64,000 nucleotides of DNA from Chloroflexota bacterium. GTDB lineage: Bacteria; Chloroflexota; Limnocylindria; Limnocylindrales; CSP1-4. The notes under the pieces were generated by a model. That model did no database searches, was not told where the DNA came from, and saw only the letters and a list, made by a program, of their open reading frames with translations. The stretch is taken from the NCBI GenBank assembly GCA_042408445.1, contig JBHORC010000023.1, forward strand, positions 83,403 through 147,402, in the 5' to 3' direction. Below are positions 30,894-42,600 of the stretch, piece after piece (within the stretch, counting starts at the first letter, position 1; each line of letters opens with the position of its first letter). The position numbers were made by a program, and so were the translations under genes.

Positions 30894-31757
30894 ATGGAAG
30901 TCGTCATCGCCCTGTTGCTGATCGCGCTCGTGGCGCTCGCCATCCTCAGGCCGGCGGTCCAGATCGTGACGGTCCACGACTACCAGCGCGGCCTCCGCTA
31001 CCGCCAGGGCCGGCTCGTCGGGCTCGTGTCGACCGGCTCGCACGTGGCCGTCCGACCGTTCACCGAGATCCACCTGCTCGATGGCCGGCCCACCTCCCTG
31101 ACCGTTCCCGCGCAGGAGATCCTCACGGCCGACGGTGTCGCCCTGCGGGTGAGCCTCACCGCGCGGTACGTCGTCGCGGATCCGGTCGCCGCCTTCGCGA
31201 ATGACCAGAGCTGGGTCAGCGCCCTGTACCTCGCGCTCCACTCGGGCATCCGACGCGCCCTCGCCGGTCGAACGGCGGACGACGTGCTCGCCGCCCGGGC
31301 GGAGCTCGGGCCGACAGTGGCCGAGGCGATCGCGAGCGACATCGCCCGGATCGGCGTCGAGCTCCTGAGCGTCGACGTCCGCGACATCATGGTGCCGGGC
31401 GAGCTGAAGCGGGCATTCGCGGGGATCGTCGCGGCCCGGCGCGAAGGCGAGGCGGCGCTCGAGCGGGCTCGCGGCGAGACGGCCGCACTTCGCTCGCTCG
31501 CGAACGCCGGCCGGATGGTCGAGGACAGCCCCGGACTCCTCCAGCTCCGGGTCCTCCAGCAGCTCGGCGCGTCGTCCGGGAACACGGTGATGCTCGGCAT
31601 CGGGACGGCGGACGGACGGCTGGATGGAGCGACCGCCCAGGCGATCGGCGCCGCCGCCGCCGCGCGTTCCGCGGGCCCCGCTCAGGTCGGCGATCGCGAC
31701 AGCTCAGCAGGGTCGGGTCGCCCGCGCGGAACCGGACGGCCGCCGGTCGGCGGCTGA
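30894..31757 (+). CDS. SPFH/band-7 (stomatin/prohibitin-like) domain protein
   Basis: N-terminal TM helix then SPFH core (VTVHDYQRGLRYRQGRLV...TADGVALRVSLTARYVV). RBS GGGGAGGA. Confidence 0.75.
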   Translation: MEVVIALLLIALVALAILRPAVQIVTVHDYQRGLRYRQGRLVGLVSTGSHVAVRPFTEIHLLDGRPTSLTVPAQEILTADGVALRVSLTARYVVADPVAAFANDQSWVSALYLALHSGIRRALAGRTADDVLAARAELGPTVAEAIASDIARIGVELLSVDVRDIMVPGELKRAFAGIVAARREGEAALERARGETAALRSLANAGRMVEDSPGLLQLRVLQQLGASSGNTVMLGIGTADGRLDGATAQAIGAAAAARSAGPAQVGDRDSSAGSGRPRGTGRPPVGG

Positions 31758-31801
31758 CGAGCACCCGGGTCGACGGCTGATCCGACGGCTATCATCGGCG
31801 G

Positions 31802-33181
31802 GTGACTGGACGAGGCGTGCCCCTCGCGGACGGAGCACCCGCCTGCCCGTTCGTTGCGTTCGAGGACGACCGAGACGAGCGGGCCTCGGTCCCGGACCAT
31901 CGCCATCGCTGCTATGCCGAGTCCCGGCCGGCCCCGCGCGCGCTGGCCCACCAGGAGGCGTACTGCCTCTCGAGCGCGTTTCCCGTCTGCCCGACCTTCC
32001 AGGATTGGGCGCGACGCGAGGCGGCTCGAGCGCGCGGAGCGAGCGACCGCGACGGACGCCGACCCGCCCCGGCGGCGGAGCGCGAACGCGTTGCGGAGGC
32101 GGGTCTCGGGCTCGCGGCCGCGGCCGCGGCCGCCACCGCGCGCGGCTCGGACGACGAGGCCGCGGACGACGTCGACGCTGACCTGGGAGGCGGTCCCGAC
32201 GACGGCGCGACCCCCGGCTCCGACGCGCGCCACCGCGAGCCATCGGTCCACGACGGTCCCGTCGACGACGACGATGATCGCGGACTCGCCGGGGCGGACG
32301 CGGCGGACCTCGCCTCAGCCGAGGAACGTGAGGCGGTCCGTCGCAACCCGCCGCGCGACTGGTCGGCGCCCCCGCCCTGGCTCGCCTCGTCCGAGCGTGG
32401 CCACGGTCAGGACGAGGACCCCTCCGCGCCGCCGTTTCTCGGCCGTCGTGCGTCGAGCCCGGGCCAGGGTCTCGCCGGAAGTGCGGCCGATCGCCTCGCC
32501 GGCGGTGACACGGGTCCGGAGGATGACGCCGACTCGGGCATGTGGGTCAGCAGCGCGACCGCGCGACCCGTCCGCGCCGAGCCTCCGCGCCGATCGCAGC
32601 CAACCGCGCCGATCCCCGCCGACGACCCAGACGACCTCGACCCCGGCGATGAGGACGTCGAGGATGGCGAGCCGCGCCGGCCGGCTCGTCGGTCGCGCGC
32701 CTACGCCCAGCATCTCGGCGGCCCGAACTCGCCGGATTGGGAGCGGCCACGCCGGTACGAGGCCTATCCCACGATCCGGAGCCGCGTCGGCGTGCCGCAG
32801 GTTCCTCGCCTCGCGCTGACGGCCGGCGCGATCGTCCTGATCGCGCTGGCGCTCCTCTTCCTGCCGAGCCTCCTGAATCTCGGTGGGGGTGGCACCGGCT
32901 CGGGGCCTGTTGGAAGCGCGGCTCCCTCGGGCCGAACCGCGGCGCCGTCCCTCGCCTCGACCCAGCCGGCCGCTCCGACGCCGGTCGTCTACACGATCAA
33001 GAAGGGCGACACGCTCTCGAAGATCGCGACGCGGAACGGGCTGACGGTCGACGAGCTGCTCAAGGCGAACCCGAGCATCAAGGACCCGAACAAGGTGTCC
33101 CTGGGGCAGCAGATCATCATCCCGACGCCGAGCCAGGCGTCCGACGACGCGGGCTCCGGGACGGCGTCGGAGGCGCCGTAG
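31802..33181 (+). CDS. LysM domain membrane protein with Cys/His-rich cytoplasmic N-terminus and acidic disordered linker
   Basis: C-terminal LysM (YTIKKGDTLSKIATRNGLTVDELLKANPSIKDPNKVSLGQQIIIP). One TM helix (LALTAGAIVLIALALLFL). N-terminal C-x20-C-x19-C-x6-C pattern. Confidence 0.65.
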   Translation: MTGRGVPLADGAPACPFVAFEDDRDERASVPDHRHRCYAESRPAPRALAHQEAYCLSSAFPVCPTFQDWARREAARARGASDRDGRRPAPAAERERVAEAGLGLAAAAAAATARGSDDEAADDVDADLGGGPDDGATPGSDARHREPSVHDGPVDDDDDRGLAGADAADLASAEEREAVRRNPPRDWSAPPPWLASSERGHGQDEDPSAPPFLGRRASSPGQGLAGSAADRLAGGDTGPEDDADSGMWVSSATARPVRAEPPRRSQPTAPIPADDPDDLDPGDEDVEDGEPRRPARRSRAYAQHLGGPNSPDWERPRRYEAYPTIRSRVGVPQVPRLALTAGAIVLIALALLFLPSLLNLGGGGTGSGPVGSAAPSGRTAAPSLASTQPAAPTPVVYTIKKGDTLSKIATRNGLTVDELLKANPSIKDPNKVSLGQQIIIPTPSQASDDAGSGTASEAP

Positions 33182-33236
33182 GCGACGCGGGGTCGGGCCA
33201 CGCCGCGCGCGCCCCAGCGGTCGGGCGCCGCGCCGG

Positions 33237-33566
33237 CTAGCGAGGCGCGAGGTTGATCGAGGTGATCTTGCCGGCCTCGACGCGGAACGTGGCATCGAGG
33301 TGGAGTGACGGCGCGCCGGGCCGGACCACGAGCACATCCGCCTCGTACGTGTTGCCGGTGTCCCGGACCTCGCCGGGGATCATCCGCAGGCCGGCGTCAC
33401 CGCGCAGGAACCAGCCGCCCACCCGCTCGACGCCGCGGAGCGTCTGGGCGCTGTCGCCCACATGGATCCGCATCTCGGCGTTCTCCGCCATCAGCCCGAC
33501 CGCGCCTTCGCGATTCCCCGCGTTCAGCAGCTCGAAGAACGCATCCATCGTGTCGACTGCACCCAT
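33237..33566 (-). CDS. NTF2-like / SnoaL-like domain protein
   Basis: MDAFFELLNAGNREGAV...EVRDTGN pattern of the SnoaL-like fold. Start 33566 or ATG 33548. Confidence 0.5.
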   Translation of the reverse strand: MGAVDTMDAFFELLNAGNREGAVGLMAENAEMRIHVGDSAQTLRGVERVGGWFLRGDAGLRMIPGEVRDTGNTYEADVLVVRPGAPSLHLDATFRVEAGKITSINLAPR

Positions 33567-33668
33567 GGCCCGAGTGTACCCGGCACGATCCCGGGACGCC
33601 GTTCGCGCCGGCCGGCCCGCTGAGCCCGCTGAGCCCAAGGGCCGAGCGCGTCAGGCGAAGCAACCCGC

Positions 33669-35414
<1,746 letters not shown>

Positions 35415-35424
35415 CGTGGTCAGC

Positions 35425-36735
35425 CTACTGCCCGACGATCCGACCGGCGGACCCGCGTCGCCGCGCGAGCACGAGACCGCCGTCCAATGTCCGCGTGACC
35501 TGCGGCGGCCGCGGCCGGCCGTTGTATGTCGAGGATTGGCTCGCGGCGTAGGCACCCGCGTCGCGGATCGCGACGAGGTCGCCGCGGCGGAGCGGGGGAA
35601 GGCGATGCTCACCCAGCTCGTCGGTGGACTCGCAGATCGGACCGTGGACCGCGACGACGTCCGTTCCCGGCGCTTCGGCCGCCGATCCAGCCGCCGCGAC
35701 CGGGGCGAGCGGCTCGCCGAGCGACGTCAGGGCGACGATCGCGTGCCGCGCCCCGTAGAGCGCAGGCCGGATCAGCTCCGTCATCCCCGTGTCCAGCACG
35801 ACCTGCCGACCGCCACGCTCGCGGACGTGGAGGACCGTGCCGACGAGCCAGCCGGCCCCCGCCACGAGGAACCGGCCTGGCTCGATCGCGAACCGGTCCG
35901 GCCGGCGGTCCGCCGGGATCGTCTCCAGCAACGCGGGCAGCTCCCGCGCGAACCGTGCCGGCCCCGGTCCGGTGACGCCGGACGGTGGGACGGGGAAGCC
36001 GCCGCCGACATCGATCGTGTCAAAGCTCGGGAGGCCGCCTCGCAGCAGGCCGACCACCGCGAGGCCGCGACGCACGGCCTCGCGCCATGCGTCGACGGCG
36101 CCGAGCTGCGATCCGACGTGAAGGTGGACGCCGCGTGGCCGGATGCGGCCACCGGTCGCTGCGAGCCGCTCGACCACCGCCGTGAGCTCCGTCTCGGTCA
36201 TCCCGAACTTCGAGCCGCCGCGACCCACGGCGAGACCTTCCTCGGTCTCGGGCGCGACGTCCGGGTTGAGCCGGACGAGCACGTCGAGCGGGGGACGCCC
36301 ATGGACGCCGAGCCGGACCCGGGCCTCGATCCGGAGGAGCGCGTCCGCCTCGTCGGCGGACTCGATCGCGAGCCAGCGCGGCGGCACCCCGTCGGCCGCG
36401 GCCGCGACGGCCGCGCGGAGATCGGCATCGGTCTTGCCGATTCCCTCGAACGTGATGCGGTGGTTCGGGACCCCCGCCGCGCGGGCGATCGCCCATTCGC
36501 CGCGCGACACGACGTTCGCGCCGAGACCGCGGTCCGCACGTGTGACGAGCGCCACGACCGACGGGACGTCATTGGCCTTGACCGAGTACTGCCGGATCCA
36601 GGGGTCCGGGAACGCCTCGCGCAGCTCGCCGGCGGCGGCCGCGATCGTCGTCTCATCGGTGAGGTACAGCGGCGTTCCGAACCGGACGGCCGCGGTCCGC
36701 AGGGCGTCGCCGATGTCGGCGAGCCGGTCGATCAC
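35425..36735 (-). CDS. lysA: diaminopimelate decarboxylase (PLP-dependent, fold-type III)
   Basis: PLP-binding Lys (YSVKANDVPSV), HLHVGSQ motif and EPGRFLVAGAGWLV substrate region. Confidence 0.8.
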   Translation of the reverse strand: MIDRLADIGDALRTAAVRFGTPLYLTDETTIAAAAGELREAFPDPWIRQYSVKANDVPSVVALVTRADRGLGANVVSRGEWAIARAAGVPNHRITFEGIGKTDADLRAAVAAAADGVPPRWLAIESADEADALLRIEARVRLGVHGRPPLDVLVRLNPDVAPETEEGLAVGRGGSKFGMTETELTAVVERLAATGGRIRPRGVHLHVGSQLGAVDAWREAVRRGLAVVGLLRGGLPSFDTIDVGGGFPVPPSGVTGPGPARFARELPALLETIPADRRPDRFAIEPGRFLVAGAGWLVGTVLHVRERGGRQVVLDTGMTELIRPALYGARHAIVALTSLGEPLAPVAAAGSAAEAPGTDVVAVHGPICESTDELGEHRLPPLRRGDLVAIRDAGAYAASQSSTYNGRPRPPQVTRTLDGGLVLARRRGSAGRIVGQ

Positions 36736-36738
36736 CGC

Positions 36739-37146
36739 CTAGAGCATCTTCCGCGGGGTGAGCGCGACGCTCGCCAGCGTCGAGACGACGCTGATGATGA
36801 TCGCCGCGAGGAGCGCGCCGACGATCGCGTCGGAGTTGATCGTCGGCGGGAACGTGCCGAGCTTGAAGCCGAGCTTCAGGGTGTCGGAGAGCAGGGCCGT
36901 CAGCAGCAGCATCGCCGCATTGATCACGAAGCCGACCAGGCCGAGGGTGAGCAGCCCGATCGGCATCGAGAGCGCCTTGACGATCGGCTTGATGTAGCTG
37001 TTCACGAGCGCGAACACCAGGGCGACGGCGAGCAGCTTCCACCAGTCGTTGCCCCAGTTGAACGACAGGAGCTTCGTCGGCAGGACCTTCACCGCGACGA
37101 ACAGGGCGGCGGCGTTGATGAGGATGCGGATGACGAGCTCGACCAT
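36739..37146 (-). CDS. small 4-TMS membrane protein (phage-holin-4-like superfamily)
   Basis: 135 aa, four predicted TM helices. 3 bp upstream of lysA on the same strand. Confidence 0.55.
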   Translation of the reverse strand: MVELVIRILINAAALFVAVKVLPTKLLSFNWGNDWWKLLAVALVFALVNSYIKPIVKALSMPIGLLTLGLVGFVINAAMLLLTALLSDTLKLGFKLGTFPPTINSDAIVGALLAAIIISVVSTLASVALTPRKML

Positions 37147-37217
37147 GGGTCCCTCCGATCGCGAGCGGCTGCCGGCCGATCCGATCCGGCGGCGGGATCA
37201 TCGCAGATGGCGGACGG

Positions 37218-37817
37218 TCAGCGCGTCAGGGACTGCTCCAGGCCGGCCTTGACCCGTGGCCACTCGTCGTCGATGACGCTGTAGTAGGCCGAGTGCCGCA
37301 TTCGTCCGCCGGGCATGACCATGTGGTTCCGGAAGATCCCCTCGAATGTGGCGCCGATCCCGAGCAGCGCCGTGCGCGACGGCTCGTTGAGCGAGTCGGT
37401 CTTGAACTCGACCCGTCGGCAGCCCAGCGTCTCGAACGCGTGCGTGAGCATCAGGAGCTTCGCCTCCCGGTTGGCGCCAGTGCGCTGCCAGGCGGGGGCG
37501 ACCCACGTCCAGCCGATCTCGAGGCGGCGATGCTCCAGCACGATGTTCATGTAGCGGCTGCTGCCGATCGGCCGGCCGGTCGACGCGTCCAGCGTCGCGA
37601 ACGGCATCTCCGCTCCGGTCTCGCGCCCGGCGAGCGCCGCTTCGGCCCACGCCCGCAGATCCGCCTCCGACGTGGGGCGGGCGAGCGTCCATTGCCAGAT
37701 CGCCGGCTCCAGCCCGACCTCGGCGAGCGCCGGGACGTGTTCGAGCGACAGCGGTTCCAGGACGACACGGCTGCCGCGGAGCGTGACGGGCTCGACGCGG
37801 AGCGGGCTGACGGCCAT
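37218..37817 (-). CDS. GNAT family N-acetyltransferase (RimJ/RimL-like)
   Basis: Acetyl-CoA binding motif region (RRVEFKTDSLNEPSRTALLGIGATFEG). Confidence 0.75.
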   Translation of the reverse strand: MAVSPLRVEPVTLRGSRVVLEPLSLEHVPALAEVGLEPAIWQWTLARPTSEADLRAWAEAALAGRETGAEMPFATLDASTGRPIGSSRYMNIVLEHRRLEIGWTWVAPAWQRTGANREAKLLMLTHAFETLGCRRVEFKTDSLNEPSRTALLGIGATFEGIFRNHMVMPGGRMRHSAYYSVIDDEWPRVKAGLEQSLTR

Positions 37818-37893
37818 CGGCGGATGGTAGCGCCGCCGGTGGCGCGGCGGGCCCGGCTAGACTTTCCGTCCGAACCCCATCGGAGCGAGCACC

Positions 37894-39639
37894 TTGACCC
37901 AGTTCGCCACGTCCGTCGACGCATTCCTCGACGCGCTCTTTGCCCTCGACCCGATCCTCGCCACGGGCGTCGGGCATCACGTCCACGACGGCGAGTGGCC
38001 GGACCTGTCCGCCGCCGGCCGCGATCGCCGGCTGGCGTTCGTGGATGAATGGTCGGCGACGTTCGCGGGTCTGGACGACGCAACCCTGACGACGGACGAA
38101 CGGGTCGACCGCGACCTCCTCCTCGCCGAGCTCGAATCGCAACGGTTCGGCGACACCGAGCTTCGGGAGGAATGCTGGAGCCCGCTGTGGTGGGTGTACC
38201 TCGTGGGCGAGGGCTTCTTCGCCCTCCTGTCGCGCGACTTCGCACCGCTCGCGGACCGTCTCGGGACGATCGCCAGCCGCGCGGAGCGTCTGCCGGCCGT
38301 GCTCGACGCGGCCCGCGAGGTGCTCGTCGGGATCGAAGGCCGGCCGATCGATCGCCTGCACGCCGAAAAGGCGCTCGAGCAGTGGCCGGGCCTGATCTCG
38401 ATCGTGGACGAGGCGATCGAGACGGGCGAGGCGGCGGCGATGCCTGCCGGTGTGCTCGCCCGCCTCCGCGCCGGTCGTGACGTGGCCGCGGAGGCGCTCG
38501 GCGCGTTCGAGGCCCACATCCGCGACGGACTGCTGCCGGACGCCGAGGGCGAGGGCCGTCTCGGCGAGGAGCTGTTCGCCCGGAAGATGGCCCACACGAT
38601 GCGCGACCCCGGCATGACGCCGGACCGCATTCGCGAGCACGCCGAGCGGGAGTTCGCCGCGGTCCGGGGCGAGATGATCCGGATCGCCCGCGACATCGCT
38701 CCGCGCTGGCTCGGCGAAGGCGGCCTGCCGAGCAGTGACGACGCCGTCGTCCGGGCCGTCCTCGATGCGATCGCCGTCGAGCATCCGGATCGCCGCGAGC
38801 TCGTGGACTTCTGCCGGGCGGAGCTCGAGCGGGTCGAGGCGTTCTGCCGGGAGCGCGATCTCATCGGCCTCGCCGACGAGCCGCTCGAGATCCGCTGGAC
38901 GCCCGTGTTCCTCCGCGCGTTCGGCGGCGCGATGCTGAACTCGCCCGGCCCGCTCGATCGTGGCCAGAAGTCGATCTTCCTCATCACCCCGATCGAGGAC
39001 GACGCCACGCCGCAGCAGGTCGAGTCGCACCTCCGCGAGGACAACGACCGGATGCTCCGGCTGCTGACGATCCACGAGGCGGTGCCTGGTCATTACCTCC
39101 AGGGCGTCTTCGCGAACCGTTGTCCCTCGATCGCCCGGGCGATCTTCTGGAGCGGCGTCTACGCCGAGGGCTGGGCCGTCTACGTCACCCAGGTGATGAT
39201 GGACGAGGGTTACGGCGCGGACGATCCCGCGCTCCTCCTCACCCACTGGAAGTTCTATCTCCGCTCGGTCATCAACGCCCTCATCGACGTCGGCATCCAT
39301 GCCGGTGGCATGACCGAGGACGAGGCGATCGCCCTGATGGTCGAGGGCGGCTTCCAGGAGGAGGCCGCGGCGAGGTCGAAATACGATCGGGCCAGGCTGT
39401 CATCCACGCAGCTGTCGACGTATTTCGTCGGCTCGCTGGCGTTCTGGGAGCTCGAGCACGAGGCGCGGGTCCGGGCGGCGATCACCGCCGGGGCAGACCC
39501 CTCGGCGGTCCCCGAACCGGCGGTCGTCGGCGGCTACGGCCCGACCCCCGGCTTCGTCTACCGGGAGCACCTCGAGGCGTGCCTCGTCCACGGGTCGCCG
39601 CCGATGCCACTGCTCCGCCGGCTCGTCCTCGGCGAGTAG
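37894..39639 (+). CDS. DUF885 family protein (putative metallopeptidase-like)
   Basis: HEAVPGHYLQ motif characteristic of DUF885. TTG start. Confidence 0.7.
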   Translation: MTQFATSVDAFLDALFALDPILATGVGHHVHDGEWPDLSAAGRDRRLAFVDEWSATFAGLDDATLTTDERVDRDLLLAELESQRFGDTELREECWSPLWWVYLVGEGFFALLSRDFAPLADRLGTIASRAERLPAVLDAAREVLVGIEGRPIDRLHAEKALEQWPGLISIVDEAIETGEAAAMPAGVLARLRAGRDVAAEALGAFEAHIRDGLLPDAEGEGRLGEELFARKMAHTMRDPGMTPDRIREHAEREFAAVRGEMIRIARDIAPRWLGEGGLPSSDDAVVRAVLDAIAVEHPDRRELVDFCRAELERVEAFCRERDLIGLADEPLEIRWTPVFLRAFGGAMLNSPGPLDRGQKSIFLITPIEDDATPQQVESHLREDNDRMLRLLTIHEAVPGHYLQGVFANRCPSIARAIFWSGVYAEGWAVYVTQVMMDEGYGADDPALLLTHWKFYLRSVINALIDVGIHAGGMTEDEAIALMVEGGFQEEAAARSKYDRARLSSTQLSTYFVGSLAFWELEHEARVRAAITAGADPSAVPEPAVVGGYGPTPGFVYREHLEACLVHGSPPMPLLRRLVLGE

Positions 39640-39693
39640 CCTGGGCCGCGGGGATCCACGGGGCGTGGCGGCAGGCGGGCCAGATGCGGGCGG

Positions 39694-42600
39694 TCAGCGC
39701 CCCTGGTCGAAAGGGCCGGTCTGCGCTTCAGCGTCGCCGCCGCGGTCGGCGGTACTGGGCGTCGGCTGCAGCACCGAGTCGAGGATGTCGCTCCACTGCG
39801 TCACCGGCAGGTTGTGCCCCGCGCCGGGAACGATTCGGAGCGTCGCGCCGCGGACGCCGGCGGCGAGCCGCTCGCTGTCGGCCGCGGAGCTCATCCGGTC
39901 CGCGTCACCCCGCCAGACCGCGACCGGCCGGCCGACATCCGCGAGGCGGAACCCCCAGTCGTCGTACGTGGCCAGCCAATCCTCGACCCAGCCTTCGCCC
40001 CCCTGGACGAACGCCTCCGCGAACATCGCGTGGAGCGCCGCGCTCACGGACGGGACCCGACGGAGCGCCACGTCCGGGTCATCGGCGTCGGCGCCGGCCA
40101 TGATCCGATCCGGGTCTGCGACGTACGGCGCGATCCGCTCGCGAAGCTCCTCCACGGCGCCGGCGTCACCGGACGCGGCCCGCGCGATCCGATCGCGGAG
40201 GTTGGGCGGCAGCTCGTCGAGCAGCTCTGGATACTCGCGGGTCGGCGCATCGGACGCGACCGCAGCGACGCCGCCGACGCGACGTGGATCGGTCACCGCG
40301 GCGGCAAGCGCATACGGCCCGCCGCTCGACCAGCCGACGACGGCGTAGCGGTTGAGGCCCAGCCGCCCGGCGATCTGCGCGACGTCCCGCCCGCCGTCGA
40401 TGATCCGGCGTCCCGGCTGCGGATCGGATCCGCCGTAGCCCGGCCGGTCGAACGCGATCAGCCGGACCCCGCGGGCTCGGGTCGTCCGGACGTCCGGCGC
40501 GTACCGCCGCGACCCGGGCATCCCGTGCAGCAGCAGGACCGGCGCGCCGGTGGCATCACCCCATTCGGCGATGGCGACGCGGCGTCCGTCCTCGAGCGTG
40601 AGCACCGTGTCCCGCTCCGGCTCCGCGCTGGGATCCACCGCCCCCGCGGCAGCGGCATCGCGACGTTCGGCGCGAACCGCCTCGAGCTCGGCATCCAGGG
40701 ACGGCACCCAGCGGCCCCCGAGCCGGCTCGCGACCTCGTGCCAGGGCTCGTCCGCGCTTGACGCGACCTCGCGGAGCTCGTCCACGACGATGCAGCCATA
40801 GGCATCGAGCTCGACGTGAAGACCTCGCGCCCGAACCTCGGCGACGGACCGCAGCGTCTCTCGCGACCCGCGTCGATCGCGCAGCCGGAGCCAGCCGTCA
40901 TCGCCGCCGAGCCGGAGCGCCTGGGCCAGCGACTCCCGCCGCATCGTCTTCGAGCCGTCCTCGTGCTTCTCTGCGAATGGCACGGAGTCGCGGATCCAGC
41001 CGGCAGCCGAGCCGAAGCGATTCAGATAGATGACGAGCGACCGCTCCTCGCCGCGCCCGTTCGAGTACGCGAACACGTCCTCGAGCAACCCGCCGCCGTC
41101 GGCGACGACGTCGTACAGCCGGAAGTCCGCAGAGCCGGCGTACTGCCTCCGGTCCCGGAGGAGCGGCACGATCTGGGCATCGAACCAGGCGGCGAGGCCC
41201 TCGTTCGGGCGCTCGTCAAGACGAGCGCGCTGGAACTCCATGCCGTACTTCTCGGTGAACCCCTCCAGCTGGCCGTGGCCGATCATCGGCAGCCCCGGCA
41301 GCGTCGCGAGCAGCGTGGCCGCGCCGAAGTACTTGTCGCCGGTCCCGAACTGCTCGATCGCCGTCTCCTCGTCGGGGTTCGTGAGGAAGTTCACGTACCG
41401 CCCGAGGATCGCCGGGTCGAACTCGACCGTGTCCCGGATCACCTTCCGGTACCCCGCGTTGTTCTCGTCCCGGATCATGTGCATGAAGGCGCTGTTGTAG
41501 ACGCGGTGCATCCCGAGCGTGCGGACGAAGTAGCCCTCCAGGAGCCAGAACGCCTCGGCGAGGAGGAGCGTGTCCGGCGCCTCGGCGGCGACACGGTCCA
41601 CCACGTCCCGCCAGAACTCGGTCGGCATCAGGCGGTCGAACTCGGCCTTGGGCATCGCGCCGTACTCGGCGCGGGACGGGATCCCGCCGCCGGCGCCCGG
41701 CTCCGGATACCAGAGCCGTTCGATGTGCTTCTTCGCGAGGACCATTGCCGCGTCGAAGCGGATGACCGGGAAGCGCCGGGCGACGTCGAGGATGGTCCGG
41801 ATCACCGTCTCGCGGACGTCCGCCTGGAGGAAGTCGAGCTGGGCGGTGTCGTTCCACGGGAAGCTGGTCCCGTCGTTGCCGTGGTACAGGTAGCGCCGCT
41901 CGCCGGTCAACGTGTCGCGCCGTTCGAAGACGACGGCCGCATCGCTGTCGTCCCAGTAATGGTCCTCCAGCCGGATCTCGACCCGCGGGTCGTCGGCCAG
42001 GTTCTGGCCCTCGAAGCGATAGCTCGGGTAGGGCGGGTGGTCGAGGCCGATGAAGCGCTCGGGGTGCTCGATGACCCAGCGCGAATCGATCCCCATGTGG
42101 TTCGGGACCATGTCGCTGGCGAGCCGGATTCCGTGGCGCCAGGCCTGGTCCCGGAGGCGCCCGAGCGCGTCCTCGCCGCCGAGATCGTCCGCGATCCGGT
42201 AGTCGTCGAGGGAATAGGCGGACGCGACCGCGTCCTCGTTGCCGCGCCAGCGCTTGATCCGCTCCGACGCGCGCGACCGCTGCCACAGGCCGATCAGCCA
42301 GAGGCCGGTGATCCCGCGCGCCGCGAACGCCTGGAGCTCCTCGTCCGGGATCGCGTCGAGCGTCCGGATCTCGCGCCCGTGCCGCTTCGAGAGCTGATCG
42401 AGCCAGACGTAGGTGCTTTTCGCGATGAGCACCAGCCGCGGCATCCACTCGCGGTCCTCGGAGAAGCGCTCGACCTCCGCCTCGGCCCCCGTGAAGGACG
42501 GCGCCTCGGCGATCCGCGGACCCCCGCCCCCGCCGAACCGCTGGTGGAGCGCCCGTTGCTCCTCGGTCAGGATGCCGATCGCGAGATCGATCTGCGATCC

